Counted from the first letter of the stretch, positions 14,105 through 27,451 are shown. The stretch is 64,000 bases of DNA from Blastocystis sp. Blastoise (GCA_039096225.1 JBBPEB010000034.1:1253031-1317030), one strand, 5' to 3'. Notes: generated by a model not told the origin, from the sequence alone. Numbers and translations: made by a program.

Positions 14105-14226
14105 AAACTGTAAACAAACTGTATATTAACTGTATATTAACTGTATATTAACTGTATATTAACTGTATATTAACTGTATACTAAATATAATTAAACTGTA
14201 TACTAAATAAAATTAAACTGTATACA
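14105..14226. repeat. 11-bp tandem array (AACTGTATATT)n ~95 bp upstream of the recombinase ATG
   Basis: About 10 units; longer arrays at ~38643-38796 and ~58758-58912. Confidence 0.9.
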
Positions 14227-17200
14227 AAAATTTTCTGATCAACGAATGGTTTATATATATAGGATTTAAATATATTTTTAAATATAATTATTATATATAT
14301 ATATGTTTATATATATCATACATTATTTTTTTTCTAGTTTAACACATTTAGAATATAAATTTATAAAAACTTAATTATAAGAAAAATAAAATAATTAATA
14401 CTAACCCTGTTGATACGATGACAATCAGTATCAGTATCATTTCTATTGTTAATTATATTATTTTTTTGATGATGCTAATTTATATATTGTTTTTTATTTA
14501 TGTATATAGTATATACTTTATAAGTCAAAAGAATAATATTAAAAATTAATTGAAAATTTTTATAAGAATATCATCTATATTATGACTTATTCTCTTTGAA
14601 TATTATAGTTCTTTGACATATGACACCATTTTATTCTATGTATATAATCTAAAGATTATAAATATATAGATGAGATTCATTTAAATATCATATTTCAGGA
14701 TATAGAGCATAAAATTGTCGATGAAAAATTATAAAAAATCTTGCATCAAAAATCATTTTTTTCAATCATAATTGATCCTATCAACTCATTCACATAAATT
14801 ATAACACTTTTAAAGCTATATTATATATATACATACTATTTAGATATTTCTTAGTAAATATGTTTCTTTAAAATATAAAATTGAATGAAAATCGTTTAAA
14901 AAATCGATAGTCTAAAAAATAATATCATAAAAAAAGTCATAACCACATTCATTTATTATATTTCTAGCACTTTTAAATGCTATATATATTTATGACACTG
15001 TTGTTATTCTATACTAAAAGAATTATTATTATTAAATAAAAATTGACTGAGTTATATGACTTTTATTAAAGAGAGGCAAAAAGAAAAGTAAGACAAATAA
15101 AATTTCTTGTTTTCATTTTTGATACCCTAGATAATGAATTTTGAAACAAATTTATTTTTATGAATTTAATGTATGATATAGCTTAGTAATAACTAAAAAT
15201 AACAAATTTAGAAGACAAAAAAAACAACATATTGCATTTTGACCCAATGTCGACTTGTCAAGATAAATCTATTAAAGTATTATTTCTTATGTATGGACAA
15301 TTCTGTATATGAATATAAACGATATAAAGCCATTTAGCAGCATTATCCTAGTTAAAAGACCTTTTTTTTCAATCTTGCCAAAACTGATTCATTTTGTACG
15401 AAAATTTTATTTTTTTAAATTTCTACTTTTCTCAATGATGGATTGTCGTTATATTATGTTTGACACCAAAAAATATATCTACGTTTTATAAACTTTATAT
15501 CTAGTATGCTTTTATATTATTATTCTTAAAATGGAAGACACTATTACAATAACAAGATTAAAAAAGTGATTGATCATGATTTTTAAATAATCAAGGCTAC
15601 TGATCTCATTTTTGAACTAATATGTCTTAAATATACAAAATATGTATCTATATGTTATCCTTATTCGATATTGGTGTCTTTCATATATATTTAATATATT
15701 TTTATTGGTGAATGAGTTAAAAGAAACTTGAGTATGCGAATTATTTTTTTCTAAAAATTTCAGTTTTTTAAATCTCATTCGTAAGTACTCATTTAAGTTA
15801 TATTTAAAAATTATGAATATACATATGTGTACTAGATCCTTATTACTATCTATTTGATATACATATATGTTTGAATAAGGACCTTTTTCAAAACTGATGC
15901 AAATGCTGACTTGAATAGAAAAGTATAAGTGTGTTATTCTAAACACATATCATATGTATTTTAGTTTAATACACATTTTAGAAAGTATTTGGCACAGCAT
16001 TCTCATTTCGAAATGTTAATTTTTCACTTTTAAAGAATCTAGTTGTAAGAAAATGTTCTACAGGTCAAAATATCTACAAAAAGTAAAAAAATGTGAATAT
16101 TAATATTGTTTAATAGTGACTAAAAAGAAAATAAAAGTAAATTGAAAAACAAATTATTTAAATAAAAAATAGAAAATAAAGAATTCTAAGAGATTTTAAG
16201 AATTCTAAAAGAAATGAAGAGAAAAATATTTTAAAAATTTTAGAGTCATTTCAAAAATCAAAAATTTAATTAGAAAAAACAATATTTTTAAATGAAATAT
16301 AGTTTGTTTTCAATACTTTATTATGTTATATGTAATCTTATATTTAGTAAAAGCTCGTTTAAACAGTCATAGATACCTATATAAATTTATATGAAAAGTC
16401 ATTCTTATATTATTTTTCTTAATTAATTATATGACTTTTTTTGAACACAATATTTGACCTCATAATTGAGTATATAATATATGTCACATATCAAGTGTAT
16501 TCAATCAAAACCTAAAAATATATTTTAATTGCTTTGAAGAATAGAAATGACTTTAAGATTTACTTGTTTTGTTATTTTAATAGAAATTAGATTTTAAACA
16601 AAAATATCATACTAATATATAAAAGATGATATGTGATTAAATATGAAAACTATATTTTTGATATTATTTATTATATAATCGTTGAATGAGAAGAGTTTGT
16701 TTCTTTTTCTTTCTTTCACTTTTTATTCTTATATTTTAATTTCATTAGTTTATGTTATATTGATGATAAATACTATTGTAAGGTAATTTAAAAAATATAT
16801 CTTTAAGTATACAATTAAGAAATAATAGGCTCATTCTTGTTAATTTAACTTTCATCAAAATTTTATATATCAAAAAATTGTTTATTATATATTTTGCTAT
16901 GTCTATATACCTAAACCTTCTTTCACTTTTTTTTATTAAATATTTTCTTATTTTCAAATATTAAACAAACAGAATTTAAACTCATTCTTAAGACATCCAA
17001 CATTTGTAAATATATATTTCCTTAAAACTTTCACAAGAGTTATTCATTGTTTTAGTTTCATTCAAATCAATATAAAATATTTCAATAATTTGTTTTTATT
17101 TTCTAATATTCTCTTATAATCAAGTATCAAGTGTTGTTTTACAAATTGACTAATAATCATCTTTTGTATTCATAGACTAAACGATATATTATATATTATT

Positions 17201-18043
17201 ATATCTATTGATAGTGTTTTATTCATGTATGATATTCTTAAATTATTATATATTTTAATTTTAAGATATATTCATTAAATTTAATTCTTAATCTTTTTTG
17301 TTTTGTTTTATTATCAAAGAATAAAGATATTTTATTTTATATATAACATTGAAACATTAGGGTTAGGAAGCTAAACAAGCATTTTTTAAATAATAGTTAC
17401 TAAAGCAAAGACACTTAAACAACACATTTGTTTTATAACAAAAAATATAAAGTTATTTATTTTATATACTCACACCTTATTCCAATATACATATTATTAT
17501 AACATACTAATATACTATAATGAATGATATATTATGTCAATAGTCTCTGATGAAATATCATCATATTTTCAACATAATGATAAACAACAATGTATATAAA
17601 CAATATTTTTTTTTGAAATTTCTTGTAAGTATTAAAGTTAATTATATGTAGCTATTATAGAATAAAAAAATATATATCAACAAATAAAGTCATTAATATA
17701 TTATTAGAAAGGATGTTTTTGATGAACCTTTTGGGTTATGAAAATTTTTGGCTTTTTGAAATGACTTTTAATTTTATTTTTGAAATATAAAATAAATTAG
17801 TCTTAAAAAAGAAATTCTTTTAAGAAAATATTTTTGTAAATTATTTTTTTTGACTTTGAGCGTCATGAATTGATTTTTTAAATATGTGCTACAATAAATA
17901 TAATTTTTATAAATTTTATTAATAATGATGATTAATAAATTATTACTTAAAAAGGGTTATTTTTTATATACTGATAACCAAACACCTATTTTTCTTATTA
18001 TTTTTATTACATAGAGAGATATAGATGAAAATTTTAATATTCA

Positions 18044-18079
<36 letters not shown>

Positions 18080-20099
18080 ATAGAATAGATTCTTATCATT
18101 TTGAAATATTTATGTATATATAAGATATAAAAGAAAATTATTCTTTGTGTCTTATAAATATATTTTTTATTATAATGTTCTAGTGTTATATATTTCAATA
18201 AATATTTATATTAAATTATAATACATAAAATCTATATATGTGTTAATATAAAATCACAATAGATCCAAATACTATATTTTTATTTATTATATAATGATAA
18301 TATATATATATATTGTTTTATAAAATATATGTTTTAATTATATTATATATATATTTTTATTAAATGAATTTATAATTTATATTTGTATTATATGGTTTTT
18401 AATTTATATCATATTTATTATAGATTGAATTATTTTATCAATATTTAAGTATTATTGAATGAAAAATAAAAATTATTTTTTAATTATATTATATATATAT
18501 ATATATAAATTCATTTATTTATTTATATAATAAGCTAACTCTTTTTTTAAATGATATTTATATTTATTTATAATCTATTTTTAAAAATTATTTATTTATT
18601 AGATATTCTATTAATAATATGAAATACGAAATATATTTAATAATAATATATTACTCTTTGAATGAGACTTTTGTATTTATTAAAATTAATTGAATTTTTT
18701 TTTATATCTTTAATGCGATATAATTATATAATTATGTGTTATTGATAAAAATGTTTTTATTATAATTAAGTGAAGTTAATAAAAAGAAGTATATTTCAAT
18801 TTTAGAAAATATTAGATAATTTGATTCTATAAATTAGATATATAATATATTAATAAAAATAATTTTATTTTTTGAATATATATATTAAAAATAATAAATT
18901 CTAAATAAATTTCTGATTATATTTTATATAATAATAGTTAGTTTACATTTAATACAATGAATTTTATATAACTATCATTATTTAATAATAAATAGTGTTA
19001 TTTGTTAACGTAAAAAAAAATATATACAAATATTTATTAATTAATGAATATTTATTGTATAATAGATATTTTATTTCTTTTAATGAAAATAAATATTAAT
19101 TTATGAATGATATATTTTAATTATCAAAAGTAGTATTGAGAATGATTATAAATGAGAGTTTATATTGAATAGTAATTATAAAATTATATTTAAATACTTG
19201 AATAATATATAAAGATAAATATTATATATGAATTAATCAATTTGTGAAAAATCTGTATTGAATTGTTTAATATTAGGAATACTCATATATAGTTAGTATT
19301 ATTTTATATATAAATATATAATAGCTAATTATGATAATTATATATATATACATAATTCATTATATATGTAAATATATATTTGAATAATAGAAAAAATAGG
19401 ATAGAAATTATTTAGTTTATTGTATATTTAAATAATTAAAAATATCCATATTATAAAATATTATTATTTTTTCTAGATATATAAATGAATATAATATATA
19501 TATTTATATATAGAGAAGTAATAAAAAAATATTATTTGACTTTATTTCTGGTTGTATGAAATATAGAATTCATAATGAGTAATAGAATTAGTAATGAATG
19601 TTTTATAAAATTTTTTATGCTATGCATTATAATTATGTCAATTATTGCTGATATGATAGAATAATAATGAATATAAGTATATATAGGTATATATATAAAT
19701 ATATTATAAAAAGTAATTTAAAAACACAAAAATCTTTTAGTAACATATAATACTTTTTGAAAAATTGATCTATTTGATAGTTTGATATGAATAGAAATAA
19801 ATATTAGAATAAGTCATATGACTATTAATTGATAATATAGAATTTTTAATTAATTTAAATAATTTGTATAATATTGACAATTAATCGCGATTATTTAATA
19901 TTAATAAGATAATTATTACTTTAAGGTATTTTTATAGTCGCATTTTAGCTACAGTCACATAATTTTATATATATAAAATTTCTATATCAATAAATGGACA
20001 CCAAAGACGACCTAGGAGTATATGATGTTATATAAGTGTTAATAAAAAGTCTATATATATAATAACACTTTTTAGAGATAATTAGTCATTTGATATTAT

Positions 20100-20372
20100 T
20101 CAAGTGATATTCTACATATTTTTATGAAAAATCATGATTATTATAGAAAGTGATTTATTCTAATAGATAATAACAGATTTATGATTATTTACGACAGATA
20201 AAGTATAATTAAATATATTCCCGTGATTATTTATGAAAATTGATTATTTTTATAGATAATGATAGATTTATGATTATTTATGACTTATAGAGTGATATTT
20301 GATAAATTCCCATGATTATGTTATAAAAGAAATAGTTTTAAAGACAATGATAGATTTATGATTATTTATGGG
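20100..20372. repeat. ~89-bp degenerate tandem repeat abutting an interstitial telomere tract
   Basis: GA(T/C)AAT(G/A)A(T/C)AGATTTATGATTATTTA at 20166, 20255 and 20343. Confidence 0.7.
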
Positions 20373-20381
20373 TTCGAGAGT

Positions 20382-20473
20382 GGGTTAGGGTTAGGGTTAG
20401 GGTTAGGGTTAGGGTAGGGGGGGGTGGGGGGGGTTGGGTGGGGGGTTGTGGTGGTGGTGGGTGGGTGGGGGGG
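20382..20473 (+). repeat. interstitial telomeric tract (TTAGGG)5 degrading into G/T-rich sequence
   Basis: Directly visible. Confidence 0.85.
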
Positions 20474-21211
20474 AAAAAAAAGAGAGTATGTTATAAAATG
20501 TTATAATATTTTTTAATATTATAAATATAATTGGGGATAGAAAAGGATATAATTGATTTAATTGGTAGTCTAGAATTTGAAAGTAAGTATAGTTTGAGTA
20601 GTAAGGGATATTTTTGAATAAATTAATTGGGTATTGTAGAATTGTGAAAATAAAATAATTGGATAATAAAAGATATATTAAATATAATTGGTAGTCTAGA
20701 ATTTAGATTTCTGGAATCTAGGATTTTAGAATTGTAGAGTATAAAATATAAGATAATGAATTTGATTGGTAGTCTAGGATTCTAGATTTAGATTCTGGGA
20801 GTGTGGGTGGGGGATTGTTTTTGTTGGGTTGTTTAAAATCCTAGAATCGTAGACTCTACGATTATGGGGGTGGGGGTGATAAAATAAAAAGGAAGAAATA
20901 AAAAAAAAGTCAAAAAAATGGTTTGTGGGGGGGGGGGTTGGTTGTTTTGAGTGGTTTTTTTTTTTTTTTTTTTTTGTTTGTTTTTTGTGTTTTTGTTTTT
21001 AAATTATAATGGTAATTCTTTTATTTTTATTTATTTAATGAATTCTATATATTTATTTTTATTTTTATAATGAAATATTATTTATATTAAATAATAAATA
21101 GACGCCATTCTTGGGTTGGGTTTGAATGTGTGGGTATTTATAGTGTTAGGGTTCTTGTGGTTTGTTTTAATGTGGTGTTTTTTATGGGTTTGTGTGGGTT
21201 TCTGCGGTTGG

Positions 21212-21259
21212 AAGGGGTGTGGGGGTTGGGGTGGGGGGGGGGTGGGGGGGGGTGGGGGT

Positions 21260-21325
<66 letters not shown>

Positions 21326-21392
21326 GGGGTGGTTAGGGTTAGGGTTAGGGTTAGGGTTAGGGTTAGGGTTAGGGTTAGGGTTAGGGTTAGGG
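21212..21392 (+). repeat. poly-G run followed by (TTAGGG)10 interstitial tract
   Basis: Directly visible; the poly-G is possibly miscalled telomere repeat. Confidence 0.8.
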
Positions 21393-22174
21393 AAAAAAAA
21401 ATATATATTGAGAGTATGTTATAAAATGTTATAATATTTTTTAATATTATAAATATAATTGGATAAAAAAGGATATAATTGATTTAATTGGTAGTCTAGA
21501 ATTCTAGAATTCTAGAATTTAGGATTGTAGAATTGTAGAGTGAAATAAACCAATAAAATGAATTAAAAAAAAAAAAAAAAAAATATATTAAGGTGAGAAA
21601 AAATAAATAAAATAATAAAAAAAAAAAAAAATTTTATAAAAAAAATTATTTTTAAAAAAAAATAATTTTAATAATAAAAAAATAATATAAAAAATATAAT
21701 AATAAAAATATAATATAATTGTATAATATAAGATATATAAAATAAATAATATATAATTATAAAAATATATTATAATAGTAAATTTTAAAAGAGTAGAGTC
21801 TAGAAGTGAAGAAAAATGATATAAAGAGTATAAAAAATGAAATAAAAAAAAAAAAAATAAAAAAATTAAAATATTAAAAAAATATAAAATTATAAATTAA
21901 TGAATTTAATATAAATTTAAATAATGAAAGATTATTTATATTAAATAATAAATAGACGCATTCTTGGTGGGTTTGAATGTGTAGCTATTATGGTGTAGGA
22001 TACTGGTGAAAATGGATTATTCAGCATGAGAATTACTAGGAGGGGGGGGGGGGGGGGGGGGGGGGGGTTAAAAAAAAAAAAATATATACTGAGAGTATGT
22101 TATAAAATGTTATAATATTTTTTAATATTATAAATATAATTGGATAAAAAAAGATATTATTGATTTAATTGGTA

Positions 22175-22690
22175 GTCTAGAATCGTAGAATCGTAGAGTC
22201 TACGATTGTATGATTGTAGGATTAAATAAACCAATAGAATAAGTTTAAAAAAAAATCAACCAAAATAGTATTAGGGTAAAAAAGTGAACCAAAATAGTAT
22301 TAGGGTAAAAAAATGATAGAATAAAGTGGTAATGTTTTAAAAGAAGGGTTCTCAAAATTTTATTAGGGTGAAAATAATTAATTTAATTGGTTAAAAAAAT
22401 AAAATAAAATAATTGGGTATTGTAGAATTGAAAAAAGAAGAAAATAATTGGATAAAAAAAGATTTATCCAATAAAAATAGAGTTTTTCATTTCTACAATC
22501 ATAGAATCGTAGACTCTACGATTCTACGATTGTAGAATATAAGATAATGAATTTGATTGGTAGTCTACAATCGTAGAGTCTACGATTCTACGATTGTAGG
22601 ATTGTAGGAAAATGAATTTGATTGGCTGTCTACAATCGTAGAATCGTAGAGTCTACGATTCTACGATTGTAGGATGAAATAAGCCAATAG
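22175..22690. repeat. cluster of four palindromes built from 9-bp units (AATCGTAGA/TCTACGATT), interspersed with CCAAT/ATTGG boxes and TATTAGGGTAAAA motifs
   Basis: Perfect 21+1+21 palindrome at 22630-22672; 23+1+23 with one mismatch at 22491-22537; partial ones at ~22180 and ~22565. Confidence 0.85.
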
Positions 22691-22896
22691 AATGAATTAA
22701 AATAAAAAAGTCAACCAAAATGTTATTAGGGTAAAAAAGTGGTTGACCTTTTTGAGAGGCTTTTTTATTTTGCTTTATTTTTTTTGTTTATTTTTTAAAT
22801 TATAATGGTAATTCTTTTATTTTTATTTATTTAATGAATTCAATATATTTATTTTTATTTTTATAATGAAATATTATTTATATTAAATAATAAATA

Positions 22897-23545
22897 GACG
22901 CCATTCTTGGCTTGGGTTTGAATGTGTAGCTATTTATAGTGTTAGGATACCTGTGGTCTGTTGAAATATGGTGCTATTCATGGATCTGTTTGAATTACTA
23001 CGTTTGAAAAGGTTTAAGGTAAGAATGGGAAGATTTTAATTATGGTATATATTTTATTTTTATATTATATCATACTATATTATTGATTGTCTTATTATAT
23101 AGTTGAAAGTGATGTTTATGAATGAAAATTCATAACATCACTTTTTCCCATTGTCTTTGTAGTGTTGGTTTTGGTACTTATGATGATAAACTATGTTCTA
23201 CGATGATTTTGGATCATTTATGTTGTCTTAGTATCATTGGAATACTTTTTAAGGTATATATTATATTAGACAATTGTGGTGATTATGTATAAATATTTTA
23301 TATTATATAGTTATTTTTATATAGAAAGTATATATAGGATGAGTTGAGTGTGTTTAATGAAGTATTAAGTCTTTTTTGTAAGTATTAGGTATAGAAATTA
23401 TTAAAATAGGTAAAAAAAATTATAACAAAAATTCAAAAATTTCTAAACTATTCTTTCAACTAGAGGGTGTTTCACCCATCAAATAGGTATATATTATTTA
23501 TTTTATTCTATATTATTATTATATAGGTTGTGCGTGTGTTGGATA
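22897..23545 (+). ncRNA. putative spliced non-coding transcript
   Basis: GC-richer blocks separated by GT..AG AT-rich segments (23045-23102, 23254-23324/23337, 23389-23463, 23487-23526); no long ORF; GAAA-capped hairpin at 23106-23144. Confidence 0.35.
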
Positions 23546-24788
23546 TATATATAATATATAATATAAATAAAAAATACATAATAAAAAAAGAAAAATTGAT
23601 TGAATATCATTTTTATTTTTTATTTTAAAATTTAATTTTTTAATATGTTTATATAATTATTATAATATAATATGAATACAATCAATGTGAATTAACATAT
23701 AGATACTATTTAAATAAATAAAAGTTTTGTTTAAAGACATTTTGTAAAAAACTATGAATTCACTCATGTTGACTTAAATAAACAAAAATAACTTTTATGA
23801 AGTTATTATAGACTAATAAACATATGTGTATGATAATAACTTGTTTTAAAAACAAAATAGTTTAATAATGTTAAGAATTGTGTGTATAAAAGAATACTTG
23901 AAAAATGATTATAATAAAATATTGATAATTAAGTCATAAAGTAATTAAATAAGTGAATCATGAACAGTTTGAAGATAGTTGAAGGAGAGACTTTGACATG
24001 ATTTGTTTTAAATATTTTATAAAAACATGTTAAATGAATTTATAAAGTGATTATTAATAAGAATTAAACATAATAATAACTTTAAGAAAATAATTAATAA
24101 GAATGAGAAGATAATGTTTTAGTAAAGTATAAAATAAAAAATATATATGATGACTAGAGATGATAATGAGTATAAAAATGAATAAATAATGAATATTAAG
24201 AGTATCTAAATAATAAATAAATAAAAAGAAGAAGTTTGAAAAGATAGATAAAGTTCTTAGTATAATTTTTCTTTTTATTCTCATTTTATTATTTTTAAAT
24301 AACATATATTATTCTTTTGAATTAAAATTGATACTATTCATTGAATAATAGTCTATAGTATACACTAGTATGACTAAAAGTTGAAAAATAGAATAAAATA
24401 TTTTTTAAGAATGGATGAATTGTGTGTAAACATAGTTGTTTAGAATGCTTATATAAGTTTAATATGTTATAATGAATATTTATAATTGAAAAAAGATAAT
24501 AAATTAACATATTTTATATAAAAATGTTTTAATTACTGGTGCTGAAGTGTTGATATAAACATATTAAGATGATATTTGTCATGAGAATTGAAAATAAAGG
24601 TAGAAAAGAAAGAAATATTAATTAGAAGACTATATTACTATTTGAAAATTTTTTAATTTTTGTAAATACAAAGAGATTTCTTGATGATTAAATAATTGAA
24701 GATAACTATATATATTACATAATTGATTAGATAAACATTTGAATTCTATATATATAGAATAATAATTATAAATTAAAAGAATAGAATA

Positions 24789-24858
24789 ATTTAAGTCAGG
24801 AATCGAACCTGATATATATATAATATTTATATATTCTATCCATTTATAGAAATTAAAT
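24789..24858 (-). other. tRNA-like cloverleaf mimic A
   Basis: Minus strand: ATTTAA..TTAAAT closing stem, TTCTAT-AAATGG-ATAGAA D-like arm, AT-only middle arm, TCAGG-TTCGATT-CCTGA T-arm/B-box. Confidence 0.5.
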
Positions 24859-24966
24859 ATTAAAATAATAATATATTTTAATATATTGAATTCATCTTCT
24901 ATATATATATATATAATATAATTATAATATAAAAATTAATTATAAAAAGAATATAATAAAATAAAA

Positions 24967-25030
24967 TATTTAAGCCAGGATTTGAACCTGTATATATATA
25001 TATATATCCATCCATTATGGAGCTTAAATA
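24967..25030 (-). other. tRNA-like cloverleaf mimic B
   Basis: Minus strand: TATTTAAGC..GCTTAAATA 9-bp closing stem, TCCA-TAATGGA-TGGA, (TA)8, CAGG-TTCAAAT-CCTG. Confidence 0.55.
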
Positions 25031-25413
25031 CGATAAACAAAAGTAATTATAAGTATATATGAATAGAAAATAAATATATATATATATAAAATTATAGAAA
25101 AACACAATAAAAGTTACAAGAAAGGAATACCAATGTGAAAGAAAAAAAAAAGGGAAATATTAGAATAAAAAAAGATTATGTATAAATATATATATATATA
25201 TATATACGAAAGCAACAAAGCTATTAATACACCAAGAGAACAAAATACATAAAAAATAAAATATATATTATATAAAATAGTTAATAAAAATAATATAAAA
25301 TAGTATAATAAACCACATAAATATGTAAATATAAAAAATAAATATATAATAGATAAAGACAAATATAATAAAAAAAAAAATAAAAATATAATATATATAT
25401 TTACATAAGATAC

Positions 25414-26090
25414 CTAAAATTGTAACCCAATTCATCTCAAATAACATTACAAGACTATAAACAAGACAAAGAATCCAAATAGAAGCAAAAGAAGAAAAAT
25501 ATCAAGCACAATGGAGACGATGATCATCTCTTTGATAACAAAAACTATATAGAAATAATATATATAGATAAATAAGATAATAATAAATATGTATATATTA
25601 ATTTAAAAGTAAATAAAAGATTAAAAAGAATAAAAAAAAAGAAAAAATAAATAAATAAAAATATACAGGAAAAAGGATATTTTTGAAAAAGGAAGAGATC
25701 ATTTGAGTAGAATAAAAAGTAGCAAAAGGACACCATACCAGTTTGAAGACGATCAGTAAAAGAAAAAAAGAAAAAAAGGAAAAAAACAAACCCATCATGG
25801 GTGAATTAACTCTTAGGCTATATAAAATAATAATAAAATGAATAGAATAAATAAATAAATACCTTGTAGATTGTTTGAACACATTAAAACCAACAAGAAA
25901 GGAAACCAACACAGAGATCACCAATCAGGTAACACCAAGACTTCCTAAATAAATATATAATATTAAATAGATAAATAATATAGAATATATACCATTTTAA
26001 GCACTTTTTGAAGAACAGCAAAAGGAATGGAGATTTTGAAGAATGGAGAGACTACAAGACCTAAGAATGAGACAGCTAGGAGATATAGAG
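25414..26090 (-). ncRNA. putative spliced non-coding or decayed transcript upstream of the tRNA mimics
   Basis: Minus-strand GT..AG segments 25992-25945, 25862-25818, 25666-25545 and a donor at 25413; pyrimidine-rich exons with no convincing ORF. Confidence 0.3.
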
Positions 26091-27367
26091 ATGATAAATA
26101 GATAACATACATAATTAATTAAAAAGATAAAGTTTTGATAAATATATAAGATAGATAAATAATGAAATTTGAAATTGTTTTTAGTGAAGACAAAAGAAAA
26201 GTGTCATTATAAATAAGAATCACGATTTCATGAATGGATCTCGTTATAATTTGAATAAATTTTATGTTTTTTTTAAAACTTGTTTTTTAAAAATAGTTTT
26301 TCTTTAGATAATGTGTTGTTTTAAATATAAATGTGTTTTTGAATGTTTATAATAACTCAAGATGTAAACATTATTAGTAAATTTATTTTATTGAATTATT
26401 TTATAGATAAAAAAATAGTGATCCGTGACAAAAAGCTTTAATAAAGAGTATTTAGCATATATTATAGACTTATAAAGCAATTCAAGATGAAAATGAGTTC
26501 AAATATTGTTTAATTATTGATATTAAGAGATAAAAAGGTGATGTTTATAATTGTATTTCAAATGAGTTTATTGAGTTTATATTGAGTTGATAGAGCTTAT
26601 GCTTGATAGAATAGAGTTGATTTAGATTTATTTATTATTAAACAGTGAATGGATTGACAATGTTAACTTTTTATTGATTAAATGATTATAAATTGTGTTT
26701 AAAATAGTATATAGAGATAAAAAAATAAAAAAATAATTTATATTATAATGATATTTATAAAAGAATATTAAAAATGTAAAACACAGATCGTTGTTTTATT
26801 CGTTTACGGTAAAAGTTAAATGAATCCGTATAATTTTATTTTAATTCTTGAAATATAGAAAAAATTGACACTTGGTCTTTGATTTATTTTTTTTTTAAGT
26901 TATGTGTTGCTGTGATGCTTTATTCAGATTGAATATATTAAATTCAATAAATAAACAATGTTCCGCTTCAATATTTAGTATATATTTTATATATTATTTT
27001 AGTTAATTGCATTCTTTGTTTAGGTTACATGATTATTTAAGATTTGGTCTGTTATTGTGTTATAGAATAGGTCAATATAATGTTTCAAATAACATATTGG
27101 ATTAAAGAAATACTTTTAGTATGCATTTCTATTTTGAATTAGTTTTATTTATTTTATATACATATATTTTATAGTATTAAAATGATTAGAGAGTATATCA
27201 CGTAGTTATCGTGATTATTAATTGAATTCCGTATTGTATTTTGATGAATTAATTGTAATATATATATATATTTTTTTTTAATTTCTTATTTATTTTAATT
27301 TTTAATTAAAATTATTATTTAAATTAATTCATTTATATTAGAGTTATTTAATTATTATTCTTTTTAT

Positions 27368-27451
<84 letters not shown>

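Noticed and set aside
14580-19825. Recurrent ATGAC/GTCAT motif
   Set aside because: Short motif; enrichment cannot be established without counting against background
21116-21434. Gly-rich and VRVR ORFs (also 63128-63385)
   Set aside because: Translations of poly-G and telomere repeats
22175-22690. CRISPR-like array of palindromes
   Set aside because: Irregular repeat and spacer lengths, eukaryotic context, no cas genes
24789-25030. Canonical tRNA genes
   Set aside because: No definable 7-nt anticodon loop; element B lacks normal linkers; reported as mimics instead
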